Of a stretch of 53,257 nt of DNA, positions 27,814 to 36,374 are shown piece by piece (position 1 is the stretch's first letter; every line of letters starts with the position of its first letter). The position numbers and the translations under genes were made by a program. Source of the DNA: Patescibacteria group bacterium. GTDB lineage: Bacteria > Patescibacteriota > Minisyncoccia > Minisyncoccales > JANBVM01. The stretch is taken from NCBI GenBank assembly GCA_024238995.1, contig JANBVL010000004.1, forward strand, positions 1 through 53,257, read 5' to 3'. Below the pieces are notes generated by a model. The model saw only the letters and a program-made list of their open reading frames with translations. It was not told the DNA's origin and ran no database searches.

Positions 27814-27885
27814 TGTCCCCAAGAGGAGTCGAACCTCTATCAATTGCTCCGCAAGCAATTACTTTATCCATTAAGCTATGGGGAC
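27814..27885 (-). tRNA. tRNA-Arg (anticodon GCG)
   Basis: Acceptor gtcccca/tggggac, D stem gctt/aagt, perfect anticodon stem attgc/gcaat with loop ttGCGga, T arm agagg-ttcgact-cctct. Confidence 0.85.
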
Positions 27886-27958
27886 TATATGATAAAAATA
27901 TCATAAAATTAAGCTTAAATCAATTGACTTTATTAGTTCAGAGAATTAAAATGGAATA

Positions 27959-28990
27959 ATGAGCGAATCTTTAAAAAGAAATAAGAATTTTGAAAAAAGG
28001 GTTATTTTTCTTCCTAGAAAACAACAGAAATTTTTGTTAAAAGCGTTAAATAATTTAGATGTTTCTTGGCTTGAGCTTGCTGAAAAAATTAAAGTGCATA
28101 AGAGAACATTAAATGACTGGAAAAGAGAAGAATATTCTATGCCCCTTGATGTAGTAAAGAGGATATCTAATATTGCAAAGATGACAATGCCAACTGATAT
28201 AGAAATTAAAGATCCGTTTTGGTACGTTGATAAAGGCAGTAAAATAGGTGCTAACCTTGGCGCGATAGCCTGTATTCAAAAATACGGCTATGTAGGCGGA
28301 AACCCCGAATATCGAAAGAAAAAATGGTATGAGTGGTGGAAAAGAGAGGGAAAATATAAATATAATTTTTTGGGGGCGTATAAACCAGTTAACAAGCCTG
28401 ATTTTTCTAGAGAGCTTGCAGAATTCGTAGGGATTGTTTTAGGCGATGGAGGAATTAGCAAAAGGCAAATTATAGTGACGTTAAATAGCGAAACCGATAA
28501 AGAATACGGCGATTTTGTATATAAATTAGCGAAAAAGTTATTTAAGATTCATGTTGGTATTTCTTATGATAGAAAATGCAGAGCAGTAAGATATATTCTT
28601 TCTAGAAGTAAATTAGTTAGATTTTGTGTTCAAAGGCTTGGATTAAAACAGGGAAGTAAAGTAAAACAACAAGTAGATGTTCCTGAGTGGATTAAAAAAA
28701 ATAAACAATATAGTATTTCTTGTGCCAGAGGTTTGATTGATACTGATGGCAGTGTTTTTACTCATCGTTATAAAGTTGGTGGAAAATACTATAGTTATAA
28801 GAAACTTTGTTTTACAAATTATTCTAAGCCCCTTGTTCAATTTGTGTTTAACACTCTCAAGCAGAATGGGTTAAGAGCTAGAATATCTAGAGATATAGAT
28901 GTGTGGCTTGATAGTAAAGAAAGCATGGAAAAATATCTCCAAATATTTAGTTTTCATAATGTAAAGCATTTGAAAAGGTACAAAAGTTAA
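27959..28990 (+). CDS. Double-motif LAGLIDADG homing-endonuclease-like protein with N-terminal HTH-like region
   Basis: 343 aa with motifs AEFVGIVLGDGGIS and CARGLIDTDGSV. The N-terminal LAEKIKVHKRTLNDWKR is HTH-like. It is flanked by tRNA-Arg upstream and tRNA-Ser 19 nt downstream. Confidence 0.8.
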   Translation: MSESLKRNKNFEKRVIFLPRKQQKFLLKALNNLDVSWLELAEKIKVHKRTLNDWKREEYSMPLDVVKRISNIAKMTMPTDIEIKDPFWYVDKGSKIGANLGAIACIQKYGYVGGNPEYRKKKWYEWWKREGKYKYNFLGAYKPVNKPDFSRELAEFVGIVLGDGGISKRQIIVTLNSETDKEYGDFVYKLAKKLFKIHVGISYDRKCRAVRYILSRSKLVRFCVQRLGLKQGSKVKQQVDVPEWIKKNKQYSISCARGLIDTDGSVFTHRYKVGGKYYSYKKLCFTNYSKPLVQFVFNTLKQNGLRARISRDIDVWLDSKESMEKYLQIFSFHNVKHLKRYKS

Positions 28991-29009
28991 GGTAGTATAC
29001 ATAAAATAA

Positions 29010-29095
29010 GGAGGAGTCGGATAATGGTCATTCCACCAGTTTGCTAAACTGTGCCGCTTAAACGCGGCTTGTGAGTTCGAATCTCACCTCCTCCG
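29010..29095 (+). tRNA. tRNA-Ser (anticodon GCT)
   Basis: Class II tRNA. Acceptor ggaggag/ctcctcc, anticodon loop ttGCTaa (one mismatch at the top of the stem), variable arm gccgc..gcggc, T arm gtgag-ttcgaat-ctcac. Confidence 0.85.
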
Positions 29096-29107
29096 CCCAC
29101 ATTTATA

Positions 29108-29126
29108 GGACAGGCTTAGCCTATCC
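29108..29126. repeat. GCTTAGC-centred hairpin repeat (family copy 1)
   Basis: ggacaggcTTAgcctatcc lies between the two tRNA-Ser genes. With flanks it forms a 10-bp stem (one C-A mismatch) and a TTA loop. The consensus matches the copies at 39563-40691. Confidence 0.6.
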
Positions 29127-29150
29127 TAGTTATAGTATTTTGTATGAAAT

Positions 29151-29236
29151 GGAAGGGTGCTCCGAATTGGTAAGGAACTGGTCTTGAAAATCAGCGCCCC
29201 GTAAGGGGCTTGTGGGTTCGAGTCCCACCCCTTCCG
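29151..29236 (+). tRNA. tRNA-Ser (anticodon TGA)
   Basis: Class II tRNA. Acceptor ggaaggg/cccttcc, anticodon stem ctggt/atcag with loop ctTGAaa, variable arm cccc..gggg, T arm gtggg-ttcgagt-cccac. Confidence 0.9.
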
Positions 29237-29252
29237 CTTTATTTTCTAAAAT

Positions 29253-29930
29253 ATGGATAAATTAGAGCAAATTAAACAATTTGCAGAAAAATATCTTCAA
29301 GAAGAAAAATGCTCAGCTCATAATATGGATCACGTTATGAGAGTTTATGCTAATGCTTTGAAGTTAGCTGAAAATGAAGATGTTGATTTAGAAGTTATAA
29401 AAATAGCTGTATTGTTACACGACATTGGGGGAATTAAGGAAAGAAAAGATAAGTCAGGAAACACTGACCATGCCATTGAAAGCGCAAAGCTTGCTGAGCC
29501 GTTTCTAAAAGAATTAGGATATTCAAAAGACAAAATTAACCATATTAAAGGTTGTATCATTTCTCATAGGTACAGGACTCAAAATAAACCAAAGACCTTA
29601 GAGGCTAAGATTGTTTTTGATGCAGATAAATTAGATACTGCTGGAGCAATTGGTATTGCTAGAGCTTTTGTGTGGGTTGGAAAAAATAATGCTCATATTT
29701 ATAAGAAGGTAGATATTGAAGAATATGCTAAAGAAAACCTTGGAGGAAGATTAAATGGAAGAATTCAAGATAGAACGAAGCATAGTCCTCAGCTTAACTG
29801 GGAAACCAAAGACAAGCATATTGTAGATTATTTGTATACTAATAAAGCTAAAGAAATCGCTAAAAAAAGATTAGAATTTTCAAAAATATTCTTTAGTAAG
29901 CTAGAAAAAGAGATTCAGGGATTGGAATAA
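29253..29930 (+). CDS. HD-domain metal-dependent phosphohydrolase
   Basis: 225 aa with H..H early (HNMDH), the LLHDIG HD motif and a downstream FDADKLD. Confidence 0.8.
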   Translation: MDKLEQIKQFAEKYLQEEKCSAHNMDHVMRVYANALKLAENEDVDLEVIKIAVLLHDIGGIKERKDKSGNTDHAIESAKLAEPFLKELGYSKDKINHIKGCIISHRYRTQNKPKTLEAKIVFDADKLDTAGAIGIARAFVWVGKNNAHIYKKVDIEEYAKENLGGRLNGRIQDRTKHSPQLNWETKDKHIVDYLYTNKAKEIAKKRLEFSKIFFSKLEKEIQGLE

Positions 29931-30596
29931 TTAAGGTTGGGCTATCGCAATAACTGCTCCAATGATTTTCTTAGCGCCAGAGTTTTTTAAAATTCTGGCG
30001 CATTCTGTTACCGTTGAGCCAGTTATATAAATGTCATCAACAAGCAGAATATTTCTGTTTTGAATTTTTTCTTTATTAATACACTTAAAAGCATTTATGA
30101 TGTTTTGTTTTCCTTTCTCTTTTGGAAGTTCCACCTGGAGTTTAGTTTGCTTATTTTTTATTAAAACATCATTGATTAATGGAATTTTAAAAAACTCTGA
30201 TAAATATTTTGCTAATTCCTCTGCTTGATTAAATCCCCGCCATTTTAATCTTTTAATATATAAAGGGACAGGCACAATTAAAAAATTATTAAATTCATGA
30301 TTGTTGAACTCTATTAATTGAAAGTGATTAATTATTAATTGTGAAAGATTTTGTGAAAGCTCTTTTACAAAGGGTTGGCATTTAAATTGGGTAATTAATC
30401 TTTTTATTAAAGGTTTTTCATAAGAAACTGCAAAGTATAAATCATCTAATTGCGGGTTTTTGAATTTTTGATGGGTATAAAATACTTCTAAAACACTTTC
30501 GCAATCTTGGCATAAGTAGGTTTGCTCTTTTTTACAGCCAAAACACGCTCTTGGAAACAATAAATCAAGAAAAAATCGTTTTAGTTTGTTATTCAT
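29931..30596 (-). CDS. comFC: ComF-family protein (ComFC-like phosphoribosyltransferase-fold competence protein)
   Basis: 221 aa with an N-terminal 4-Cys zinc finger CFGC..(x9)..CQDC. The C-terminal PRTase motif is ILLVDDIYITGST. It is divergent from pilM. Confidence 0.75.
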   Translation of the reverse strand: MNNKLKRFFLDLLFPRACFGCKKEQTYLCQDCESVLEVFYTHQKFKNPQLDDLYFAVSYEKPLIKRLITQFKCQPFVKELSQNLSQLIINHFQLIEFNNHEFNNFLIVPVPLYIKRLKWRGFNQAEELAKYLSEFFKIPLINDVLIKNKQTKLQVELPKEKGKQNIINAFKCINKEKIQNRNILLVDDIYITGSTVTECARILKNSGAKKIIGAVIAIAQP

Positions 30597-30615
30597 TGTG
30601 GTATAATATCATACA

Positions 30616-31695
30616 ATGCAGTTTTTAGGATTATTTCCAAAAAAGTTTTTGGGTATTGATATTGGTACTTCTGCAATTAAAATCGTAGAATTGTCGCGTT
30701 GGGCTGGAAGGAATAAATTAGAAAATTACGGTGAGATCTCAGCTTCAGTTTTATACAAAGAACCTTTTAGAACTTTTGAAAAAAGCACGCTTTCTCTTTT
30801 GAGCAAAGATATTTCAAGAGCAATAAGAGCTGTGTTAAAAGAAGCAGACATTAAAACCAAGCAGTCTGTTCTTGCAATTCCTGATTTTTCAACTTTCTTT
30901 ACTTCTTTTGAGTTACCATCAATGAGCGAAGAAGAATTGTCTCAAGCAGTAAGATCTGAAGCCAGACGTTATGTTCCTCTTCCTTTAGAAGAAGTAACGC
31001 TTGATTGGCAGATACTTAATAAAGAAACAAGGAGAAAGGGTCAAAGATTTGAAATTTTACTTGTTACTGTTCCTAATGAAGTTATTAATCAGTACAAAGA
31101 GATTGCCAGTTACGCAGAATTAGAACTAATTGGATTAGAAGCAGAAGTTTTTGGCCTGATAAGGTCTTTGGTAAAAAAAGAGGATAAATCAACAATTTCT
31201 TTAATTGATATTGGAGCAAGAAGTACCACTTGTAGTATAATTGATAAAGGGGCTTTGAAAGTCTCTCACAGTTTTGATATTTCAGGAGATATTCTAACAG
31301 AAAGGATTTCAAAAGCACTTTCTATTGATTATAATAAAGCAAGAGAGTTTAAAAAAGAGTACGGTATTTCTTCTCTTATAAATAATTCAGAAAAAATAAG
31401 CATCAAAGAAGTTTTAACGCCTTTAATCGCACTGATAATTAGAGAGGTTGATAAAGTGTTTAAAGAGTTTTATTTGAAAAAAAGAAAAGATGTCGTAAAG
31501 ATAATTTTAGCTGGCGGAGTTGCTATGCTTCCAGGCCTTATGGATTCATTTAGAGATTATTTTAAAAAAGAAGTTGAGATTGCCAGTCCTTTTTCAGAGA
31601 TCTTTTTTCCACCCATACTCGAACAAACTTTAAAAGAAATGGGGCCTTCATATGCTATTGCTGTTGGGGCAGCTTTAAGAGGAACAAGAATATAA
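30616..31695 (+). CDS. pilM: Type IV pilus assembly protein PilM (actin-like ATPase fold)
   Basis: 359 aa. LGIDIGTSAIKIVEL, IDIGARST and ILAGGVA are typical of PilM. It is first in a pilMNO-like gene order. Confidence 0.85.
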   Translation: MQFLGLFPKKFLGIDIGTSAIKIVELSRWAGRNKLENYGEISASVLYKEPFRTFEKSTLSLLSKDISRAIRAVLKEADIKTKQSVLAIPDFSTFFTSFELPSMSEEELSQAVRSEARRYVPLPLEEVTLDWQILNKETRRKGQRFEILLVTVPNEVINQYKEIASYAELELIGLEAEVFGLIRSLVKKEDKSTISLIDIGARSTTCSIIDKGALKVSHSFDISGDILTERISKALSIDYNKAREFKKEYGISSLINNSEKISIKEVLTPLIALIIREVDKVFKEFYLKKRKDVVKIILAGGVAMLPGLMDSFRDYFKKEVEIASPFSEIFFPPILEQTLKEMGPSYAIAVGAALRGTRI

Positions 31696-31724
31696 TTTAA
31701 TAATTAAATTTTTAAAAAAATATT

Positions 31725-32252
31725 GTGGTTGACATAATACCAAGGCCAGTTGAGCAAGCAGGTAAGTGGCAGAAAACCCTGTTTTATCTTTTAATATTTA
31801 TTGTTATTGTTTTAATTATCATTTATTTTCTTTTAGCTAATTTAATTCAAAATTCTCAAGTCTATTCCGAAGAACTTGGAATAAAGATTACTCAAGGAAG
31901 AACTCAAGAAAGGATTGAATTAGAAGAAGAAAATATTTATTACAAAAATAAAATAGAAGCCATTGCGCCATTTTTGAATGCTCATGTTCTAAGTTCAAAG
32001 TTCTTCGACTTTTTATCAGCTAAAACTCATCCTCGCATTTTTTTCTCTAAGATTAATTTGACTGCAAAAGAGGTAAGAATAGCATTATCTGGGAGCACTG
32101 ATAGTTTTTCAACTTTAGACCAACAGCTTACAGCTTTAAATGAAGAATTGCTGGTTGAAGATGTAGTTTTAACTAATACTTCAATAAATAAAGCAGGAGG
32201 CATTGATTTCGATTTGGAAATATCTTTAAATAAAAAAATGTTTATATACTAA
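31725..32252 (+). CDS. pilN: PilN-like bitopic pilus assembly protein (GTG start)
   Basis: 175 aa with a short cytoplasmic N-terminus, one TM helix and a coiled region. Its position is between pilM and pilO. Confidence 0.6.
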   Translation: MVDIIPRPVEQAGKWQKTLFYLLIFIVIVLIIIYFLLANLIQNSQVYSEELGIKITQGRTQERIELEEENIYYKNKIEAIAPFLNAHVLSSKFFDFLSAKTHPRIFFSKINLTAKEVRIALSGSTDSFSTLDQQLTALNEELLVEDVVLTNTSINKAGGIDFDLEISLNKKMFIY

Positions 32253-32253
32253 A

Positions 32254-32766
32254 ATGAGAAAATATTTTTCCTTTTTAATGATTTTTTTTGCAGTGATAAT
32301 AATATCGCTATTGTTTCTTGTTTTTCAAAATTACCAATCTTTTAGTGTATATCAAAAAGAAATTACAATAAAAGAACAAGACTTAAGATCGCAGGAAGAA
32401 TATTTTCAAAAACTTCAAGAAATTGCTGAAAAGCTGGAAAAAAACAAGGATTTGCTGGCAAAAATAGAAACTGGACTGCCCTTAAGTCCTGAGGTGCCGG
32501 AACTTTTAGCTTTTGTCCAAAAATCAGCTTCCCAGTCAGGTCTTGCCCTGGGTAGCATAAGTTTAGGCTCTTCAGTTGTGGATGAGAAAATTAAAAAAAC
32601 AAAAGTAAATTTCATTGTGACAGGAGATTATGATGGTTTTAAGAAATTCCTTTCTTTTATTGAAAACTCATCAAGACTTATTGATATTGATACGATTCAT
32701 TTTTCTTATCCTGAAAAAATTGATGAATTTAGATTTAATATTAAAATCACAGCTTATTCGTATTGA
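32254..32766 (+). CDS. pilO: PilO-like bitopic pilus assembly protein
   Basis: 170 aa with an N-terminal TM, a coiled coil (QEEYFQKLQEIAEKLEKNKDLLAKIE) and a ferredoxin-like C-terminus. Position supports the call. Confidence 0.6.
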   Translation: MRKYFSFLMIFFAVIIISLLFLVFQNYQSFSVYQKEITIKEQDLRSQEEYFQKLQEIAEKLEKNKDLLAKIETGLPLSPEVPELLAFVQKSASQSGLALGSISLGSSVVDEKIKKTKVNFIVTGDYDGFKKFLSFIENSSRLIDIDTIHFSYPEKIDEFRFNIKITAYSY

Positions 32767-32768
32767 TT

Positions 32769-33038
32769 ATGGCAATAAAATTTGAACAACAGGTAAAAAA
32801 GCAAAGAAATTTAATAATTCTTTTTATTGTCTTGATTTTGATCGCTGGTTTTGTTCTTTGGTCGGGATTTAAAGTTGATCAAGAACCTGTAGAGATTTTA
32901 ATTTCAAAAAGATTAAAAAGTATTGAAATTAATTTCAATATTTTTAATAATCCATTGCTGGAACAATTTCAATTAATTGACAAAACCCCAAGTTTTGAAG
33001 GTGAATTTGGAAGAGAAAATCCATTTATTCCTTTTTAA
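32769..33038 (+). CDS. Small bitopic protein with C-terminal GRENPFIPF motif (PilP-like accessory?)
   Basis: The listed ORF starts at TTG 32763, while ATG 32769 lies 3 nt after the pilO stop. It has one TM helix. An RxNPF-type motif also occurs in PilP-like proteins, so the function is a guess. Confidence 0.45.
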   Translation: MAIKFEQQVKKQRNLIILFIVLILIAGFVLWSGFKVDQEPVEILISKRLKSIEINFNIFNNPLLEQFQLIDKTPSFEGEFGRENPFIPF

Positions 33039-33040
33039 TT

Positions 33041-34753
33041 ATGTCTCTTTTAAAAGAATTAGTAAAAAAAGGAGTTTTAGACAAGCAAAAAGCAGAAGCT
33101 CTAGAAAAAGAAATTAAAACTTCTTTAAAAAAAGAAGAGCTTGTTCTTTTAGAGAAACAGATAGTTTCTGAAGATTTTCTATTTCAATTAAAATCAGAAT
33201 ATCTGGAAGTCCCTCTAAAAACTATTGATCCTAAATCAGTTCCTTTAGAGGTTTTAGAGCTTATTCCCCAGGAAACTGCAAACAATTACAAAATGGTTTC
33301 TTTGAGCAGAAAAAACAATGTTTTGGATATTGGTATGGTTTATCCTGAAGATTTAGATGCTCAAGAAGCTCTGAAATTTTTAGCAAGAAGAGGAAAATTT
33401 GATTACAAGGTTTTTTTAATCAATTTTTCTACTTTTGCCGAACTTTTAAAACAGCATCAAAGTTTAAGAAAAGAGGTTGGTAAAGCTTTAGAAGAGTTAG
33501 AAGAAGAGATGAAAACAAAAAAAGCTGTTGGCAAGTCTGAAATAGAAAGACTGGTTGAAGAAGCTCCAATTGCAAAAGTAGTGGCTGTTATTTTAAGGTA
33601 TGCGGTTGAAGGAAAAGCATCTGATATTCACATTGAACCAACGAAAGACAAGCTTAGAATTCGTTTTCGATTACTTGGTTTACTTCATTCTTCTATTTTT
33701 TTACCTAAAAGGGTTCATCAAGCAGTAGTAGCAAGAATTAAGGTTTTATCTAATTTAAAAATTGATGAATCAAGGATGCCTCAAGATGGAAGCTTTTCAG
33801 CAAGAGTAGAGGGTCAGAGTATTGATTTTAGGGTTGCAACTTTTCCAACAACCTTAGGTGAAAAAGTGGCAATAAGGGTGTTGAATCCTTTAATTGGTTT
33901 GAAAAAATTTGAACAATTAGGATTATCTGAAAGAGATAGAAAAACAGTAGAAAAAATGGTACAAAGGCCTTATGGGCTGATTTTAGCAACCGGGCCCACT
34001 GGTTCTGGCAAGACAACTACCTTATATACAATTTTACAGCTTTTAAATAAGGAAGGAGTAAATATAGTTACATTAGAAGATCCTGTTGAGTATTTTATAG
34101 AAGGTGTTAATCAGTCTCAGATCAGACCAGACATTGGTTATAATTTTGCAAAAGGTTTGCGCCACATGCTAAGGCAGGATCCTGATATAATTATGGTTGG
34201 AGAAGTAAGAGATTCAGAAACTGCTTCTTTAGCTACCCATGCCGCTTTAACTGGCCATATTGTACTATCAACGCTTCATACTTCTACTGCTTTAGGCGTG
34301 ATTCCAAGGCTTATTGATTTAGGGGTTCAGCCATTTTTAATTCCTTCAACATTAAGCTTGATTATAGCTCAAAGATTAGTAAGGAAATTGTGCGATGATT
34401 GTAAAAAGAAGATAAAGCCTAAAAAACAGATTGAACTTTTGATTTTAAAAGAAATTGAACTTTTTCCAAAAGAAATTAAAAAAGATATTAATACAAGAGA
34501 CATATTTGTCTGGGAGTCAAAAGCATGTAAGAATTGTAATGATCAGGGATTTTCTGGAAGGATTGGTCTTTTTGAAGTTTTAAAAATGACTGATGAGCTT
34601 GGCGAGCTGGTTTTAAAAGGATTTTTTGAGAAACAATTAAAAGAGGAGGCAGAAAAGCAAATAATGACAACTATCAGGCAAGACGGCATATTAAAAGTAT
34701 TACAAGGCATTACTACTATTGAAGAAGTTTTAAGAGTAACCCAAGAAGAGTAA
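33041..34753 (+). CDS. pilB: Type IV pilus extension ATPase PilB (GspE family)
   Basis: 570 aa with Walker A GPTGSGKTTT, an Asp box, Walker B IIMVGEVRD, the His box LTGHIVLSTLHT and a tetracysteine CDDC...CKNC. Confidence 0.9.
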   Translation: MSLLKELVKKGVLDKQKAEALEKEIKTSLKKEELVLLEKQIVSEDFLFQLKSEYLEVPLKTIDPKSVPLEVLELIPQETANNYKMVSLSRKNNVLDIGMVYPEDLDAQEALKFLARRGKFDYKVFLINFSTFAELLKQHQSLRKEVGKALEELEEEMKTKKAVGKSEIERLVEEAPIAKVVAVILRYAVEGKASDIHIEPTKDKLRIRFRLLGLLHSSIFLPKRVHQAVVARIKVLSNLKIDESRMPQDGSFSARVEGQSIDFRVATFPTTLGEKVAIRVLNPLIGLKKFEQLGLSERDRKTVEKMVQRPYGLILATGPTGSGKTTTLYTILQLLNKEGVNIVTLEDPVEYFIEGVNQSQIRPDIGYNFAKGLRHMLRQDPDIIMVGEVRDSETASLATHAALTGHIVLSTLHTSTALGVIPRLIDLGVQPFLIPSTLSLIIAQRLVRKLCDDCKKKIKPKKQIELLILKEIELFPKEIKKDINTRDIFVWESKACKNCNDQGFSGRIGLFEVLKMTDELGELVLKGFFEKQLKEEAEKQIMTTIRQDGILKVLQGITTIEEVLRVTQEE

Positions 34754-34823
34754 GGGCTTGGTTTTTCAAAAATAATTGTAGAGCCAAGTAGAGAGAATAA
34801 TTCTTGCTTTTTTTTAGAAAAAT

Positions 34824-35240
34824 ATGAAAAATATTTTAATTTCGAACAAAACGAAAAATCAAGGTTCTTCTGCGAAGCAGAAGGTTCTTATTATAGAAGA
34901 TGATCCGTTTCTTGTTGATATTTATACAACCAAATTAAAAGACCTTGGTTTTTCAATTGATGTTGCTAATGACGGAAAAGATGGTTTGAGAAAATTAAAA
35001 GAAGGAAATTTTGACTTATTAATGCTTGATATAGTTTTGCCTCATATTGATGGATGGCAAGTTTTAAAGCAGATTAATGAGAGTGAAGAGTTTAAAAACT
35101 TGAAAGTTATTGTTCTTTCTAATCTTGGGCAAAAAGAAGAAGTTGAAAAGGGTTTAAAATTAGGTGCTATTAAATATCTTATTAAAGCGCACTACACCCC
35201 CCAAGAAGTCATAGAGGAAATTAAAAAGGTATTGAAATAA
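34824..35240 (+). CDS. Stand-alone response-regulator receiver (CheY/PilH-like)
   Basis: 138 aa with acidic pocket IEDD, phospho-acceptor context LLMLDIVLP, and downstream LSNLG and KYLIKA (conserved Lys). Confidence 0.8.
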   Translation: MKNILISNKTKNQGSSAKQKVLIIEDDPFLVDIYTTKLKDLGFSIDVANDGKDGLRKLKEGNFDLLMLDIVLPHIDGWQVLKQINESEEFKNLKVIVLSNLGQKEEVEKGLKLGAIKYLIKAHYTPQEVIEEIKKVLK

Positions 35241-35271
35241 TATTTTAGTTATAGTTAATTAAAAAATAATT

Positions 35272-36339
35272 ATGGCAAATTATAAAAATAGGATTAGCAA
35301 ACTTTTTGATTTAACAATTAAGGAGCAGGCTTCAGACCTGCACTTATCTGTTGAGCATCCTCCTGTTTTAAGAATTTCAGGAAGTCTTGTTCCTTTGCTT
35401 AAAGAGGCAAAACTTATGTCTGCTGATACCGAAGGTTTTGCTTTTTCTTTAATGAGTGAGTTTCAAAAAGAAAAATTCTTAAAAGAAAAAGAAATTGACT
35501 TTTCATATAATTTCGAAGATAGGGCTCGTTTTAGAGCGAATGTTTTTTTTCAAAAGGGAAATATCTCTTGTGCCTTAAGGCTAATTCCAGCCAAAATAAG
35601 GACAGTTGAAGAATTAAATCTTCCTCCTGTTTTGCACGAATTTACAAAAGCAACCCAAGGATTTGTTGTAATATGTGGACCGTCTTCACAGGGCAAATCA
35701 ACAACCTTAGCAGCTTTAGTTGATGAGATTAATCATATTAGGGCTGACCACGTTGTAACTATTGAAGATCCTATTGAATATATTTTTACTGCTGACAAGG
35801 CTATTATTGACCAAAGAGAAGTTGGCCAGGATACAATGAGTTTTGCCAGAGCGCTTCGTTCTACTTTCCGTCAGGATCCTAATGTAATTATGGTGGGAGA
35901 AATGAGAGATTCAGAAACAATAGCCACAGCTATTACTGCTGCTGAAACAGGGCATTTGGTTTTTGCAACTCTTCACACAAATTCTGCTTCTCAAACAATC
36001 CATAGAATTGTTGATTCTTTTCCTCCCCAACAGCAAAATCAGGTTAGGGCTCAATTATCAGGTTCTTTATTAGGAGTAGTTTCCCAAAGATTAATTCCCA
36101 GGATTAAAGGAGGATTAATACCGGCCTGTGAAGTAATGCTTGCAACTCCTGCCATTGCTAATTTAATAAGAGAGAATAAGATTCATGAAATTCCAATGGT
36201 TGTTGAGACAGGCCTTGAAAGAGGAATGATAGCTTTAAACCGTTCTTTAGCTGATTTGGTAAAAAGAAAAGAGGTATCACTGGAAAATGCGCTTAATTAT
36301 TCTCTTTCGCCAAGCGAGTTGAGAATGCTTACTAGATAG
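35272..36339 (+). CDS. pilT: Type IV pilus retraction ATPase PilT
   Basis: 355 aa with ASDLHL, Walker A GPSSQGKST, Walker B VIMVGEMRD, the His box ETGHLVFATLHT and the AIANLIRE PilT signature. Confidence 0.9.
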   Translation: MANYKNRISKLFDLTIKEQASDLHLSVEHPPVLRISGSLVPLLKEAKLMSADTEGFAFSLMSEFQKEKFLKEKEIDFSYNFEDRARFRANVFFQKGNISCALRLIPAKIRTVEELNLPPVLHEFTKATQGFVVICGPSSQGKSTTLAALVDEINHIRADHVVTIEDPIEYIFTADKAIIDQREVGQDTMSFARALRSTFRQDPNVIMVGEMRDSETIATAITAAETGHLVFATLHTNSASQTIHRIVDSFPPQQQNQVRAQLSGSLLGVVSQRLIPRIKGGLIPACEVMLATPAIANLIRENKIHEIPMVVETGLERGMIALNRSLADLVKRKEVSLENALNYSLSPSELRMLTR

Positions 36340-36374
36340 CAATCTTAAATATTATTTCTAATATTTATTAGTGA

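Noticed and set aside
29008-29016. A strong Shine-Dalgarno-like AAGGAGGAG.
   Set aside because: It is the 5' acceptor stem of tRNA-Ser(GCT), and no ORF follows at a suitable distance.
31717-31728. An identical 12-mer AAAATATTGTGG spans the GTG starts of pilN (31725) and the first pilin (37648; copy at 37640-37651).
   Set aside because: The sequence is mostly A/T and short, and only two instances are seen. That is insufficient to claim a special initiation context. It is noted only as support for the two GTG starts.
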